NCBI RefSeq assembly: GCF_020745735.1
Contig: NC_083430.1
Location: forward strand, 30,928,909 to 30,992,908
Reading direction: 5' to 3'
Length of the DNA stretch: 64,000 nucleotides
Source: Hemiscyllium ocellatum
Taxonomy: Eukaryota
Shown piece by piece: positions 1 through 11,964 of the stretch (position 1 is its first letter; each line of letters opens with the position of its first letter). Under the pieces are notes generated by a model, which saw only the letters and a program-made list of their open reading frames with translations, had not been told where the DNA came from and searched no databases. A program made the position numbers and the translations under genes.

Positions 1-101
1 CCTGAGCTGACGGCTTTTCAATTGAAAAATATCTTCCATGAGTTCTATTGTTAATCTTCTACTGGCTGTTTCCACCTGTACCAAACTCAAGAAACTCAAC
101 A

Positions 102-297
102 GTAATAAAAGCAAAGTACTGCGGATGCTGGAATCTGAAACCAAAAAAGAGAAAATGCTGGAAAATCTCAGCAAGTCTTGCAGCATCTGTAAGAAAGAAA
201 AGAGCTGATGTTTCGAGTCTAACTGACCCTTCGTCAAAGCTCAGCAGATGCTGCAAGACTTGCTGAGATTTTCCAGCATTTTCTCTTTTTTGGTTTC
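102..297 (-). mobile_element. Penelope-like (PLE) tail-derived fold-back element with hammerhead ribozyme motif
   Basis: Perfect 54-bp inverted repeat (136-189 vs 245-298); flanking direct repeat AAACTCAACA (92-101, 298-307); hammerhead-like core on - strand at 202-242. Confidence 0.75.
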
Positions 298-1065
298 AAA
301 CTCAACAATAAACTCAACAAACATAGAGTAAATATTTGGTAGAGGCCCTAGGGTCAGAGATATGAGGGAGTAGAAACGTATCTTCATAGTAAGACTGTCT
401 AAAGAGGAGATCCAATTCTATTTCAGTTTAAAAATCTAAGATACTGCCTGTACACTTGAGATTGTTCTTGTCTGCTGCTAAATTTTGTAAAGTGAACTCA
501 GATAATGTCAACGACTGAAAATTGCACTTGTAGAAATGAGATATTTTTAAGAAAAAGAAGGCACCACTGACCTGCAGTTCTTAAATATGTTATTGAACTA
601 TATGTAAGGAAGTAAAATTAATATTGTCACAATTTCATCCTAATGTCCAATGTTTCTAAGTTAAAATCTTTCTGATATAAAATTCCTAAACTGCCTAGAG
701 GTCGCCCCTGAGGTTTTTATTTCTGCACATGAGCTATGGACACTGCACAATAGGTCAGATTTCACTCAGTGTTCAAAACATGCTGCATCAATGGGGTCTT
801 AGGAGTTATTCTAAGTTGCCTCTCTGAAAGCTATGTTTCAAGAAAGAGCAGGGTTTTTTTTGCAAATCGATACAGTCAGATTCCTTATTTCTATAACTGA
901 TAAAAGTACTTGAAATACCTCTGAAATACTGGAAATGTTGATTTAGTATAACTGAAGCAGAGATGTAGGGTTCTCATTTTTCTATCAATTATTATCTTTA
1001 GCTGCATTGCTATACCATTTATTAATTTAAGTATATTTTTGCTCTACATATTAAAAACTATACCA

Positions 1066-2100
1066 AATTTGTTCTGGTCACCTTGCTACAGGAAAGATAT
1101 TATTAAACTGGAAAGACTGCAGAAAAAATTTACAAGGATGCTACTGGGACGCACTGGTTACAAAGGCTCTACAATGTCTCTTCTTCCTCAGGTAGCTGAG
1201 GAAATTTGGCATGATGGCAAATACCCTTGCCAAAATTTTGTCTGGATGTATCACTACCTGGTATGGCAACTGTACTATTCAAGATCAGAGGTAGAGACAG
1301 TTACAGAGAGTGGTGAACTCAGCCCGACAATCACAAAGACCAATCTCATATCTATAGAATCCATCTACCCGGCCCGTTTTCAAGGAGAAGCCACCAGCAT
1401 TCTCAAAGATCCATCCCACTCCAACAATGTTTTTCTACAACCTCCACATCAGGGAGAAGGTACAGAAGCCTGAACACACGCACCAGCCAGTTTTGAAACA
1501 GTTTCTACCCTACTGTTGTTAGAATATTGAATGGACTCACAAACTCTTAACATTCGCCTGTACCTGTGCTTTTGTTTTTGCTGCTGTTCACCTATTATTT
1601 ACTTATCTATGCTACTTAACTCTGTGATCTGCCTGTATTGCTCACAAGACAAAGTTTTCACTGTGCCTCTGTACACGTGACAATAAATTCAATTCAATTC
1701 GATTTGAGTTATGGACAGGGTGAATAGGCTGTGACATTTTTCACTGAGATTGGGAGATTAAGGTGTGACTTTGTGGAGCTTTATAAAATCATGACAGGAT
1801 AAAGTGAATAGGATTGGATCGTTCAAAACTAGAGGGCATAATTTTAACATGAGAGGAGAAAATTTTAAAAGGGACCTGAGGGACAACTTTCACACAGAGG
1901 ATGGTTTGTATATGGAATGAACTGCCGGAGGAAGTAGTAGATGCAGATACAGTTACAACATTTAAGATATTTGGACAAGTGCATGAATAGGAGAGGTTTA
2001 GAGGAATGTGTGTCAAACACAGACAATTTGGACCAGTTTGGTTTGGGAAACCACGGACAAGTTAAAACGAAGGGTCTGTTTCCTTGTTGTATGACCCTAT
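1066..2100 (+). mobile_element. CR1/HER1-type LINE 3' fragment, split by a nested Rex/Babar insertion
   Basis: FWSPCYRKDIIKLERLQKKFTRML (CR1 ORF2 C-terminus) at 1066-1150; CR1 sequence resumes at ~1701 through the 3' UTR. Confidence 0.8.
1151..1700 (+). mobile_element. Rex1/Babar-type LINE 3' fragment
   Basis: Degenerate LFFLR.LRKFG..., SIESIY.AR...SILKDPSH motifs; ends in CAATAAA plus (ATTCA)n tail at ~1681-1700. Confidence 0.7.
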
Positions 2101-2639
2101 CTAAAACAATTTAACCTTTGATTGCATTAATGGGGAACATAATTCAAGTTGACAAAACAAGCCTGTACAAGTACTTCATTTTCATACTTAAAATGTCTCT
2201 GTGCTGTCAACAATAATTTTGGTTTGAAAGTCAGTTCCATAATAGACACCACATTCCCCAAAAAGGAAAAGCAAATCCTGTTAGTTATTTCTCAGATGAT
2301 CATTGCTTCAAACGAGTTTTGGAGTAGAATTTTGCTCACAACTAACTTTAACTTGTTCTACTATAAGCAACTACAAGCATTTTATTTTATGGACATATCC
2401 TCAGTGCAGTTTCTTTTTCCATTATCAACCTTTGAGAGCGGACATGATTTGGAAGCTGGATTTGAGCGAACAGAACGGTTCAGGGTGAAGCGGTGACTAT
2501 GAGGAAATAAATATAAAGATAAGATGTGGTAGTCAGCAGGGAAGGAGGCAGAGGTTAAGGCTGGCCTTCAGTCAGACCTCCAGAGGTGCAGGCACGCTTG
2601 GTGAGCATTTCCAGCCGTGTTTTGTTTTTAATGGGAATG

Positions 2640-3110
2640 TCAGATTGCGGGCAGTCTCGGTACCTGTATTATATGTGTATATTATTGTTGTTGTTGTTGT
2701 CCAGGGTCACTCCAGTCAATGCGGATCGAGCTGTGCAGATGGTGAAGGGCTGCTGCTCTCCTCCCGCTGATCGGGGGGGTGGGGGCGGTCCATCTCTCCC
2801 CCCACCCCGAGGGGGGGAGGGGAACTCGGCAGCTCCCCGCTGTCCCGGTGCTGCAACCCTCCCCCTCGCCGGGACATGAGTCCCTCTTCCCCCTCTCCTC
2901 CGCCGCTGGCCCACCTCGAAGGCCACGCGCTACCATGGCAACCGACCAACGTGGCCGCGGCGCTCGATTATCGCGTCACTTCCGCACTGGGCGGCGGCGG
3001 CGAAAGGAAGATGGCGGCGGATAGCGAGGTGAGGTGAGGGGGCGAGGTGCGGTTCTTCCCGAGTACTGCCTGGAGCCGGCTCTGGAGTATGTGGAAGGAG
3101 GAGGGAACGC
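2640..3110. promoter_or_regulatory. CpG-island promoter of SYF2 (possibly bidirectional)
   Basis: GC/CpG-rich block; X-box GCTACCATGGCAAC 2929-2942; ETS/half-CRE GCGTCACTTCCGC 2973-2985; TISU/YY1 GAAGATGGCGGC 3007-3018. Confidence 0.85.
3011..3028 (+). CDS. SYF2: SYF2 pre-mRNA splicing factor, coding exon 1 (MAADSE)
   Basis: ATG in strong context, GAG|GTGAGG donor, phase 0, joins exon 2 in frame; mirrors the human N-terminus MAAIAASE. Confidence 0.88.
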
Positions 3111-3124
3111 TAATGGAGTAGTGG

Positions 3125-3365
3125 TGTTCAGTTCTGATGAGGAGTAACCGGGGCTGAAGCATTAACTCTGCTTTTCTCTCCACGGCTTCTGTCGGACCTG
3201 CTGAGTTTCTCCAGTGTCCTCTGTGTTTGTTTCAGATCCCTGTATTCCTGATGAAGGGCTTTTACCCGAAACGTCGATTTTCCTGATGCTCCCTGAACTG
3301 CTGTGCTCTTACAGCACCACTAACCCAGAATCAGGTTTCCAGCATCTGCGGTCATTGTTTTTACC
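3125..3365 (+). mobile_element. Two nested Penelope-like tail fragments in SYF2 intron 1
   Basis: Older copy ~3125-3237 (degenerate agttCTGATGA...aact); younger copy 3238-3365 with CTGATGA-AGGGCTTTTACCC-GAAAC-GTC (3248-3275), bounded by direct repeat TTGTTTCAGAT (3227-3237, 3366-3376). Confidence 0.75.
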
Positions 3366-3377
3366 TTGTTTCAGATT

Positions 3378-3447
3378 CCCCCCCCCCCCCCCCCCCATCC
3401 CCCCCCCCCCCCCCATCCCCCCCCCCCCCCCCCCCCCATCCCCCCAT
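3378..3447 (+). repeat. (Cn-AT) poly-C microsatellite
   Basis: C runs of up to ~20 nt separated by AT. Confidence 0.95.
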
Positions 3448-3529
3448 CAGCAGTCCTTTCTGAGGTTAGAACAGTGGCGGTGATCTTCATGGCATAATAC
3501 ATTAATATTTACAAAAATAAGCTTGTTGT

Positions 3530-3812
3530 TTAGATTAGATTCCCTACAGTGTAGAAATAGGCCCTTCAGGCTAACAAGTCCGCGCCGACCCTCTGAAGAG
3601 TAACCCACCCAGACCCATTTCCCTCTGACGAATGCACCTATCACTATGGGCCATTTAACATGGCCAATTCACCTGACCTGCACATCTTTGGATTGTGGGA
3701 GGAACCAGAGTGCTTGGAGGAAACCCACGGGGAGAATGTCACCTGAGGCTGGAATTGAACCTGGGACCCTGGCACTTTGAGGTAGAAGTGCTAGCCATTG
3801 TGCTGCCCCGTG
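3530..3812 (-). mobile_element. HE1-type tRNA-derived V-SINE
   Basis: Reverse complement of the 12633 SINE; TTAGATTAGAT tail; decayed A/B boxes. Confidence 0.85.
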
Positions 3813-4654
3813 GTGAAAGAATACTAATTACCAGAATGTGTCAGGGAAAAAAAAGAAACTCCAATCATTGTACTATTAATTAAAATATCCAGGCTGATAT
3901 TGAGGACACAATAAAGTCTGTTTGACTGCATTGCTGATTTTTTTTCCTTTACAATACAGATTGATAAGCTGCATTCTGCAGGTCTCAAATATGGGCATTA
4001 GGCTTGAATGCTTAATAATGGTATGAGCTTTACTGACTTTAATGGTTCTCCACTGACGTGCGTCAACAAATTCCATTTGTATAGTACCTCAGACAATGCA
4101 GGTTTGAGTGCCAGCTATGTAATCTCAGGTTAAAGGGTCAGCCACCGAGACTGAGATGAAGAATGACTACTTCGTGTAGAGAATTCTGAGTTCTTTGAAT
4201 GTTGTACCTGTGACTGCTGTAATTGTTTACATTAAGTATATTCAAGCCTGACGAGTAGCTTTTTTGGTTTCTTAAGGGAGTAATTAAAACTGAATACTGG
4301 CAGGAAATTGGAGTTGACACCAAAGATTTGCCAGAATCTTATTCTGCACGACATACTACTTCCTTTATTTTTTGTAACTCTGTGGATTCACAGAGGTATG
4401 ACGGACCCTGTAAGTTCATACAATTGTCCTTTTCTGACTTTTTCTGTGAACTTCTGTTCTTTGCCTGTAGAATCCTGGCCTTTCTTACCCAGGGCACTAC
4501 CTGTGTTCTATAACTACTGACTTTCAGTGAACACAATGAGCTTACTTTCTTATCCAGGGTTTTCTCTGCATCAAGCTACATTTGGAAGCTATCTTATTTT
4601 AGAAATAAGTTTGAATTTCTGCCTCAATTTTGATTTTTTTTTATATAACTGCAG

Positions 4655-4753
4655 GTCCAGGACATTCCTTGCAGCAGTGGAGAGCCTACAATTTCAGCAG
4701 CAGAGAAACGGGAGGAAAGACTGAAGAGATTCAGAGATCTGCATCTTAAGCGG
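4655..4753 (+). CDS. SYF2: SYF2 exon 2
   Basis: ctgcag| VQDIPCSSGEPTISAAEKREERLKRFRDLHLKR |gtgaga; 99 nt. Confidence 0.95.
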
Positions 4754-5189
4754 GTGAGAAACCACTGGCTACATTATGTTGTATCTTGTATCCCTCACTG
4801 ACTGAGCTGGTTTTTAATGGAAAAAGCAAACAGTAGCTAGTAAATGTATTAAATCAATGCAAACCAGCCAATGAGAGAAATATGTATGAATTTAATTGTA
4901 AATAAAATTTCTTTGATTATTGAAAGGTAAGTCATATTGGGACCATTTTCCTGTCATGTTAACTCGTTAAAGTATATGGTACTTCTTAATTGACCATTGT
5001 CATATTGTTTGTGCATTGTTGTTGATTTATGTTCAGCATAGGTAATGTAGGTCAAGTGGTTGTTAGTAGAAGATATTCCCCAATCTGCTGTGCAGTAGTT
5101 TGTTTTGAAATTGGGAAGGCTGTTGCTAGTAACTCAAACATTTTGGGATCCTATTGGTAAGATGATCACAGACCTTAAAACCTTTGCCC

Positions 5190-6730
5190 CCTGAACCTGA
5201 TGGACTTGCATCCTTGGGTTTTAGCATAAGTATCTACAGAGGTAGTGGATGTGTTGGTAGTCATAGAGGCTTGCAAGACTGCCTGTGTAACATCTTTATT
5301 CAGAAAGGGAGAGGCACAAACACTAGATATTTATAGGTCAGTTAGCTTAACATCTGTCATTGGGAAACTGCTAGAGCCTATTATGAAGAGTGTAATATCA
5401 GGGCATTTCGAAATGCACAGTATAAGTAAGCAGAATCAACTTGGTTTAGAAAGGGAAAATCATGCCGGACAATGTTGTTGCAATTCTTTGAGGAGTTAAC
5501 AAAGAGAATGGATACAGGAAAACCAGTACATTAATATGTTGGGATTTCCAAAGTGCATTCAATACAGTACCACCCATAAGCCTACTTAACAAGGTAAGAA
5601 CCCACACGTTGCGGGTAGTACATTAACATGAATAAAGGCTCCTGTGATACAGCAATAATGTCCTAACATCTGAACTGTGATTAAAATTGTTTATTAGCAT
5701 TAATATTTTTAGAGGATTGGCTGCATAATATAGAAGGCAGTGAATTGGGATAAAGATGACATTTTCAGGATGGATACCTGTAACTACTGGACTGCCATAC
5801 TGATTGTTGCTGGGGTCACAATTATTTACAATATATATTTATGACTTGGTGGAAAGTGAATGCACAGTCACCAGATTTGCAGAGGACCCAAAAATAGATG
5901 GGAAGGTAAGTCATGAGAATGATAAACTGCCTGTTTGCCCCGTAGACTATGTGAGTGGGCAAAAACGTGGTGTATGGAATATAATGTGGGAAAATGTGAG
6001 ATTATGCACTTTATCAGGAAGAATAGAAGAGCTGAATTTGTTTAAATGGCGAAAGACTACAGAAACCTGCAGCATGGAGGGATTGAAATTTAGCAGGTAA
6101 TAAAGAATGCCAATGGACTATTGGCCTTTATTTCAAAAGGAATGGAGTATAACGTAGTAGGATCTTCCTAAAACTTTACAGGGGACTAGTCCGATTGCAC
6201 CTGAAAACTGAGAGTAGTTTTGGTCCCCTTATATAAGAAAAAGATACTGACTTTGGAGGCAGTCCAGAGAAAGTTCATTAGGTAGGGTGTGGAGGGATTT
6301 TCTTAGGAGGAAAGTTTGGGTAAGTTGGACTTACACTCATTGGAGTTTAGGAGATTGAGAGGAGAATTTTTTTGAAAAATAAAGAATTGTTAGGGGGCTT
6401 GACAAGATCGATATAGAGAGGTTTTTGCTCTGAGTCTAGTACCAGAGGTCATACTCTCAGTATAAGGAATAGTTAATTCAAGAAGAAATGAGGAAGACTT
6501 TTCTTTCCCTCTGTGTGGGTTATGAATCTATGAAATATTATTATCACAATTGTTGCAGCTGGGTCATTAATTTATACTCAAGGCTGAAATAGGCAGATTT
6601 TCAATTGGTAAAGGAATCGTATGTTATGGAGAAAAGCCAGGCAAGAGAAGTTGAGAGTTGTGATCTCATTCAGTGGCGGAGCTGATTTAATGGCTTGAAA
6701 GACCTACCTCAGCTCTACCATCTTATGGTA
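5190..6730 (+). mobile_element. Old degenerate CR1 LINE ORF2/3' fragment
   Basis: YRSVSLTSVIGKLLE, LGSQLFTIYI.DL, RFAED remnants with many stops and frameshifts. Confidence 0.8.
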
Positions 6731-7162
6731 TTCTGTTTAATCTGCAAACTCTGTGCCGCAGTTGATGCTCGAGTCTCGGCAGATGATTTGGGACTGGGAG
6801 GTTTGTGTGTTCTCTGTCTTGCCTTTGGCTTTGTAGGTTCCTGATAAAGTCTCTAAATCAGTTCACTGGATTTCAACATGAATATTCTTCACTCTAGTTG
6901 GTCACAAACCAGGGGCTTCCATTGTAAATGGAGCTGTTTGACCTCTTCAGTGATTATTTGAGGATATTCCCAAAGCTTTTCTGTTGTCCTTCTGGTAACT
7001 ACCTGCTGTGATCAAATTGCAAGTAGTTTAATATTGTTGTGACTGCTACCTCCTTTTAAGTGTGAATTTGGAAAGTTATCGTGTTATGACCGTGCACAGG
7101 TTCTTTAAAAATTCTTGAATTTCAGACATAAGCTGCAAAAGTCTTTGTTCCTTTGTTCCCAG

Positions 7163-7288
7163 AATGAATCTCGGAAATTGAATCATCAGGCAGTGGCAGA
7201 GGAGGACAGAATCCTGAAATTACCAGCTAACTGGGAGTCTAAAAAAGCACGATTGGAATGGGAGCTGAAAGTGGAAGAGAAAAAAAAG
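7163..7288 (+). CDS. SYF2: SYF2 exon 3
   Basis: cccag| [42 protein letters not shown] |gtaacc; 126 nt. Confidence 0.97.
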
Positions 7289-7344
7289 GTAACCACAATA
7301 TTTTTGTCTCTCATTGAGTATCTGAACTGTCAAGTTCCATGTTG

Positions 7345-8030
7345 CTGAACAGAAATCTCAGAGTGCAGGTTCATAGTTCCTTGAAAGTAGAGTTGCAGGT
7401 AGATAGGATAGTGATGGAGGTGTTTGGTATGCTTTCCTTTATTGGTGAGAGTATTGAGTATAGGAGTTGGGAGGTCGTGTTGCAGCTGTACAGGACATTG
7501 TTAGGCCACTTTTGGAATATTGCTTGTAATTCTGGTCTCCTTCCTGTCAGAAGGTTGTTGTGAAACTTGAAAGGGTTCAGAAAAGATTTACAAGGACGTT
7601 GCCAGGGTTGGAGGATTTGATCTATAGGGAGAGGCTAAATAGGGCGGGGCTGTTTTCCCTGGAGTGTCGGAGGCTGAGGGGTGACCTTATAGAGGTTTAT
7701 AAAATCATGAGTATGGATAGGATAAATGGACAAGGTCTTTTCTCTGGCGTGTGGAGTCAGGGTGAGAGGGAAAGATATAAAAGAGACCTAAGGGGCGACC
7801 TTTACATGCAGAGGGTGGTGCAAGCATCGAATGAGCTGTCAGAGTAAGTGGTGGAGGCTGGTACATTTACAGCATTTAAAAGGCATCTGGATGGGTTTAT
7901 GAATAGGAAGAGTTAGAGGGATATGAGGTAAGTGCTGGCAAACGGTACTAGATTAGATTGGGATATCTGATTGGCATCAACTAGTTGGACTGAAGGGTCT
8001 GTTTCCGTACTTTCCATCTGTATGACTCTG
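7345..8030 (+). mobile_element. CR1/HER1 LINE 3' fragment
   Basis: KLERVQKRFTRTLPGLEDL.YRERLNR.GLFSLE.RRLRGDLIEVYKIM; 3' UTR ending TATGACTCT. Confidence 0.9.
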
Positions 8031-9036
8031 TAAATCCTTTGTGGCAATTCACAAATTGGAGGCTTAAGGACGAAGTTTTTTCTAAATTTCAAAACAAAGT
8101 TCCCTTTGATCTTGTGATACAAAGCATCTCACCATCTGGAAAAATATTGTTTGAATTTTTAACTCTGAATTATGAAATTTGTACCATCTTCAGTTTACCA
8201 GTCACTAAACAGCATTTATGCTAACCTTAAGCATTCCTTGAAAGTTTGAGATTATAAAGTATGTCAATATTTTGCGTTGTTAGTGACTTAAATGGCAAGT
8301 AAATGACATTGCTGAAGATAAGCAGAGCTTTTTGTCAATTTGGCTTTCACATTTGCCAATATAGCAATCACTAATACATAGAAATCCATTTTGTGTGAAA
8401 ATTTGGACCCATTCCTCCAGAAGTATAATATGGGGCTTTAAATGCAATTCTCTTTCTTCTAATACAATTTATATTTTTATGTAATTTTTGTATGTTTGTG
8501 GGGCAGGAATTGTATTGTTATTGCTATTTGTATTTAATCAGCTCACCCAAATACATCTCTAAATATCTCATTATGATGTAAACTGAAATGGGAATCTTGG
8601 AAGTAATCAAACTATGAAGTGCAGTTGGGTATTTAATCTGCTAAAGGTTTGTTTTTACAGTATCAGCAATCCGGATGTTTATAGTAGAATGTGTACCATT
8701 GTTGCATGTAACTGCAGAAACGCCACAGTAAAACTAGGTCTAGGGATGCCACCATGCAATCTGTCTGATGCAATCTTTCTCAGCAAGTGTATAAAGTTAA
8801 ATCTTAAGATGGATTCCCAGAGAGGGACGTCATTTAGCCTGATATTATTTTCACAACAAAGAACAGTAAATACATTGTTTAACTCTTGTGTAAAACTCAA
8901 TGTTTCTTGCCTTTAAGTTTATTGGAGCATATTTGTTTGGTCTTTAACAAACTGAAAAGTGCCTCAGCATGAAACAGTTATGCATAATGATTCTAGAGCA
9001 GTGATTTCCATCTCTATTTCCTGCTTAACCTTCTAG

Positions 9037-9154
9037 GAGTGTCTGGAGAAGGGAGAAAATTATGAACGAGTTAAGCTGTTGGAAATAAGTGCTGATGATG
9101 CAGAGCGATGGGAAAGAAAGAAAAAAAAGAAAAATTCCGATCCAGGTTTTTCAG
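9037..9154 (+). CDS. SYF2: SYF2 exon 4
   Basis: ttctag| [39 protein letters not shown] +1 nt |gtactt; 118 nt. Confidence 0.97.
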
Positions 9155-9609
9155 GTACTTGGCTTCAGTGACGATTCACTGCTTGAAATAGTGTCATTTG
9201 TCCATTAATAACTCTTCAAAAATATTTTGATTTTATCAAACTTAACATACTGTGGTTTTCAAGGAGTTGTTTGATGACCATTTGGTACTGTAGCAGCATG
9301 TCCTTGCCCACTTTTACTAGACAGCATGCTCCAAAGGATCAGACTGGAAAAGCATTGGTACAGCCCAGAATAAATTAGTGATTCTGACAGTGTATTACTG
9401 CTTTAAAAATAATTCAATACATTTTAGGGTGCAGGAAGTTTGTTTTTTTTAAATTCTGCCACTATTTGTCTCCTAAAGGCCTTCTTACTTTGCTGGTGTG
9501 TGGCTTTGTGGCTATTCTCACTTAGTGGTTTTTATTCATATGTGAACTTTAACAATGAGTATTTTCAGAACCTATCTGTCCCCCAGTGCACCCATGTGCC
9601 TGCATAAAA

Positions 9610-9810
9610 TAAAGTCGGATCTGCTATTATGCACATTTCGCAGTTGAAGAATTTAGACCATTATTTGCAGAAGGTGAACTTTCCTTATCTGTATTGGCAA
9701 CAGTGTGATTCCGGTCCCATAGCTTTATATGGTACTGCTAATACACAATTTTCATATAATGCGGGATCTCACGGGAACTGAGCTATTGCGTTATGTCAGA
9801 ATAGACTGTA
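9610..9810. mobile_element. pogo/Tigger-type MITE
   Basis: Imperfect TIRs TA-AAGTCGGATCTGCTATTATGC ... GCGTTATGTCAGAATAGACTG-TA with TA flanks; ~200 bp. Confidence 0.55.
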
Positions 9811-10374
9811 GGAGCCACTGGACTTGAATCTGAAAGAGAAACTCTGCCTGGCTTTATTCTCCCTCTATTGCCATTTCCTTTGAGATGTTGAAGCTAATGG
9901 TAACAGGGGTATTGCTACACTGATTGAGATCAGCTAACGCAGCGCAAATTATTAACTTGGGTTTGTATGGTTCAACCACTTTTCGGGAAAATCATCAAGC
10001 ATCCTAATTAGTAACTTTTCTGCTGGAATTCAGTGTAAGAATGGAAAGAACTGTTTCTATAAAATACCGGATTTGATATCTGTATTAGGCTCATTGTTAC
10101 TAAAATTTCTGCAAGCATCATTCAGTAACTAAAAGCACAGGCAACAAACCTGTTCTTAGTCTTCTGCCTTTACTACTTCATAAACAGCTGCTATGATCTG
10201 GATAAAGATCTGCATGGTAAACTCAACAGCAACAATTTGTATTTACATAGCACCTTTAATAAAATATGCTTCACAGATGAATTATAAAACAAAGTACAGC
10301 ACTAACCAAAATATGACCAAATGAAATAAGGGAACATGGTAGCATGTTAATAAATGGATAACTGGGTGAGACAT

Positions 10375-10825
10375 GGAGTGCTAGGTTTGGAGGATTTGCA
10401 ATACAGGGAGAGGCTGAATAGGCTGGGGCTGTTTTCCCTGGAGCGTCAGAGCCCTTATAGAGGTTTACAAAATCATGAACGGCATGCATAGGGTAAATAG
10501 ATAAGATCTTTTCCCTGGGGTGGGGGAGTCCAGAACTAGAGGGCATAGATTTAGGGTGAGAGGGGAAAGATATAAAAGAGACCTAAGGGGCAACGTTTTC
10601 ACGCAGAGGGTGGTACGTGTATGGACTGAGCTGCCAGAGGAATTGGTGGAGGTGAGTACAATTGCAATATTTAAAATGCATTTGAATGGGTATATGAATA
10701 GGAAGGGTTTAGAGGGATATGGGCCAAGTGCTGGTAAATGATACTAGGTTAGGTTGGGATATCTGGTCAGCATGGACGAGTTGGACCAAAGGGTTTATTT
10801 CCGTGCTGTACATTTCTAAGACTCT
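10375..10825 (+). mobile_element. CR1/HER1 LINE 3' fragment
   Basis: GESRTRGHRFRVRGERYKRDLRGNVFTQRVV...; same family as the 7345 copy. Confidence 0.9.
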
Positions 10826-10994
10826 TAAAGGTATAGTCACAGGATCCCTGTCTAACCAAACTTTTAACTCTATAACATGCCATCTGAAATGGCCTAGCAA
10901 GCAACTTATTGTAGAGATATTCAGGAATATCACTTAAAGACATGTGATTCATTACCAAATACTCTGATGCGGCCTTAAATATTTTCAAACTCTT

Positions 10995-11590
10995 GAGAAC
11001 ATGTTGAGGTTGTACAAGACATTGGTGAGGTCTCTTCTGGAGTACTGTGACCAGTTCTGGTCTCCCTATTAGAAGAATGATATTATTATGCGAGGGAGGG
11101 TTAAGAAGAGATTTGCCAGCATGTTGCCGGTTATGAGGGTTTAAGTTCCAAGAAAGGCTGGGTAGGCTGGGACTTTTTTCAGTGGAGTGTAGGAGGTTGA
11201 GAGGTGACCTTTATAGAGGTTTATAAAATCATGAGTGGTATAGATAGAGTTAATGGTGGGTGTCTTTTTCCTAGGATGGGGGATTTCAAGACTGAGGGCA
11301 TTTTTTTAAGGTAAGAAGAGAGAGATTTTAAAAAGACATGAGGAACAGATGTTTTGCACTGATGCCAGTTCGCAACGGAATGAACTTCATGAGGAAGCAG
11401 TACATGTGGGCACAGATATAATTACACTGTTACAATTACACAGTTACAGGACATTTGGATAAGTACATGAATAGGAAAGGTTTGGAGGGATATGCACCAG
11501 AAGCAGGTCGGTGGGACTAGTTTAGTTTGAGATTATGTTGGGCATGGACAGGTTGGACCGAAGTATCTGTTTCTGTACTGTATGAGTCTC
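10995..11590 (+). mobile_element. CR1 LINE 3' fragment
   Basis: LYKTLVR.LLEYC.QFWSP..., RLRGDL.EVYKIM remnants plus CR1 3' UTR. Confidence 0.85.
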
Positions 11591-11873
11591 CTGATTGTAC
11601 AAATGATTGTTGAATCCATCACAGTTGTGCTGTACTTTCCTTCCTTTTATTATAAAACAAAGAATTCTGGGGTGACAATTTTATTTCAGTCTTACATTTC
11701 AAGAACATTCTGAGGTTTACCAGGCTGAGCCTTTTTCATTTGTAAGCAAAGAAATGAGAGATTTTGTAATGTTTTGTTTAATTACATTATCACAGACTTG
11801 GTTCATTTCTGATCTAGGTTTGTCATTCTAACATCAAAGTGCTGGTTAGACAATGTTTATATTTTTATTCCAG

Positions 11874-11964
11874 ACTTTGCAGCTGCTCAGTTCCGCCAAT
11901 ATCAGAGATTAGTGAAGCAGATTAAACCAGACTTGGAGGCATATGACAAGCAGAAGGATGATGC
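11874..11964 (+). CDS. SYF2: SYF2 exon 5
   Basis: ttccag| [30 protein letters not shown](A) |gtgagt; 91 nt. Confidence 0.97.

Noticed and set aside
2669-2949. Three GC-rich minus-strand ORFs in the CpG island
   Set aside because: All terminate before the candidate donor at 2664 and resemble no protein I know; expected in GC-rich DNA
3214-3483. Poly-proline ORF
   Set aside because: Translation of a PLE tail plus the poly-C microsatellite
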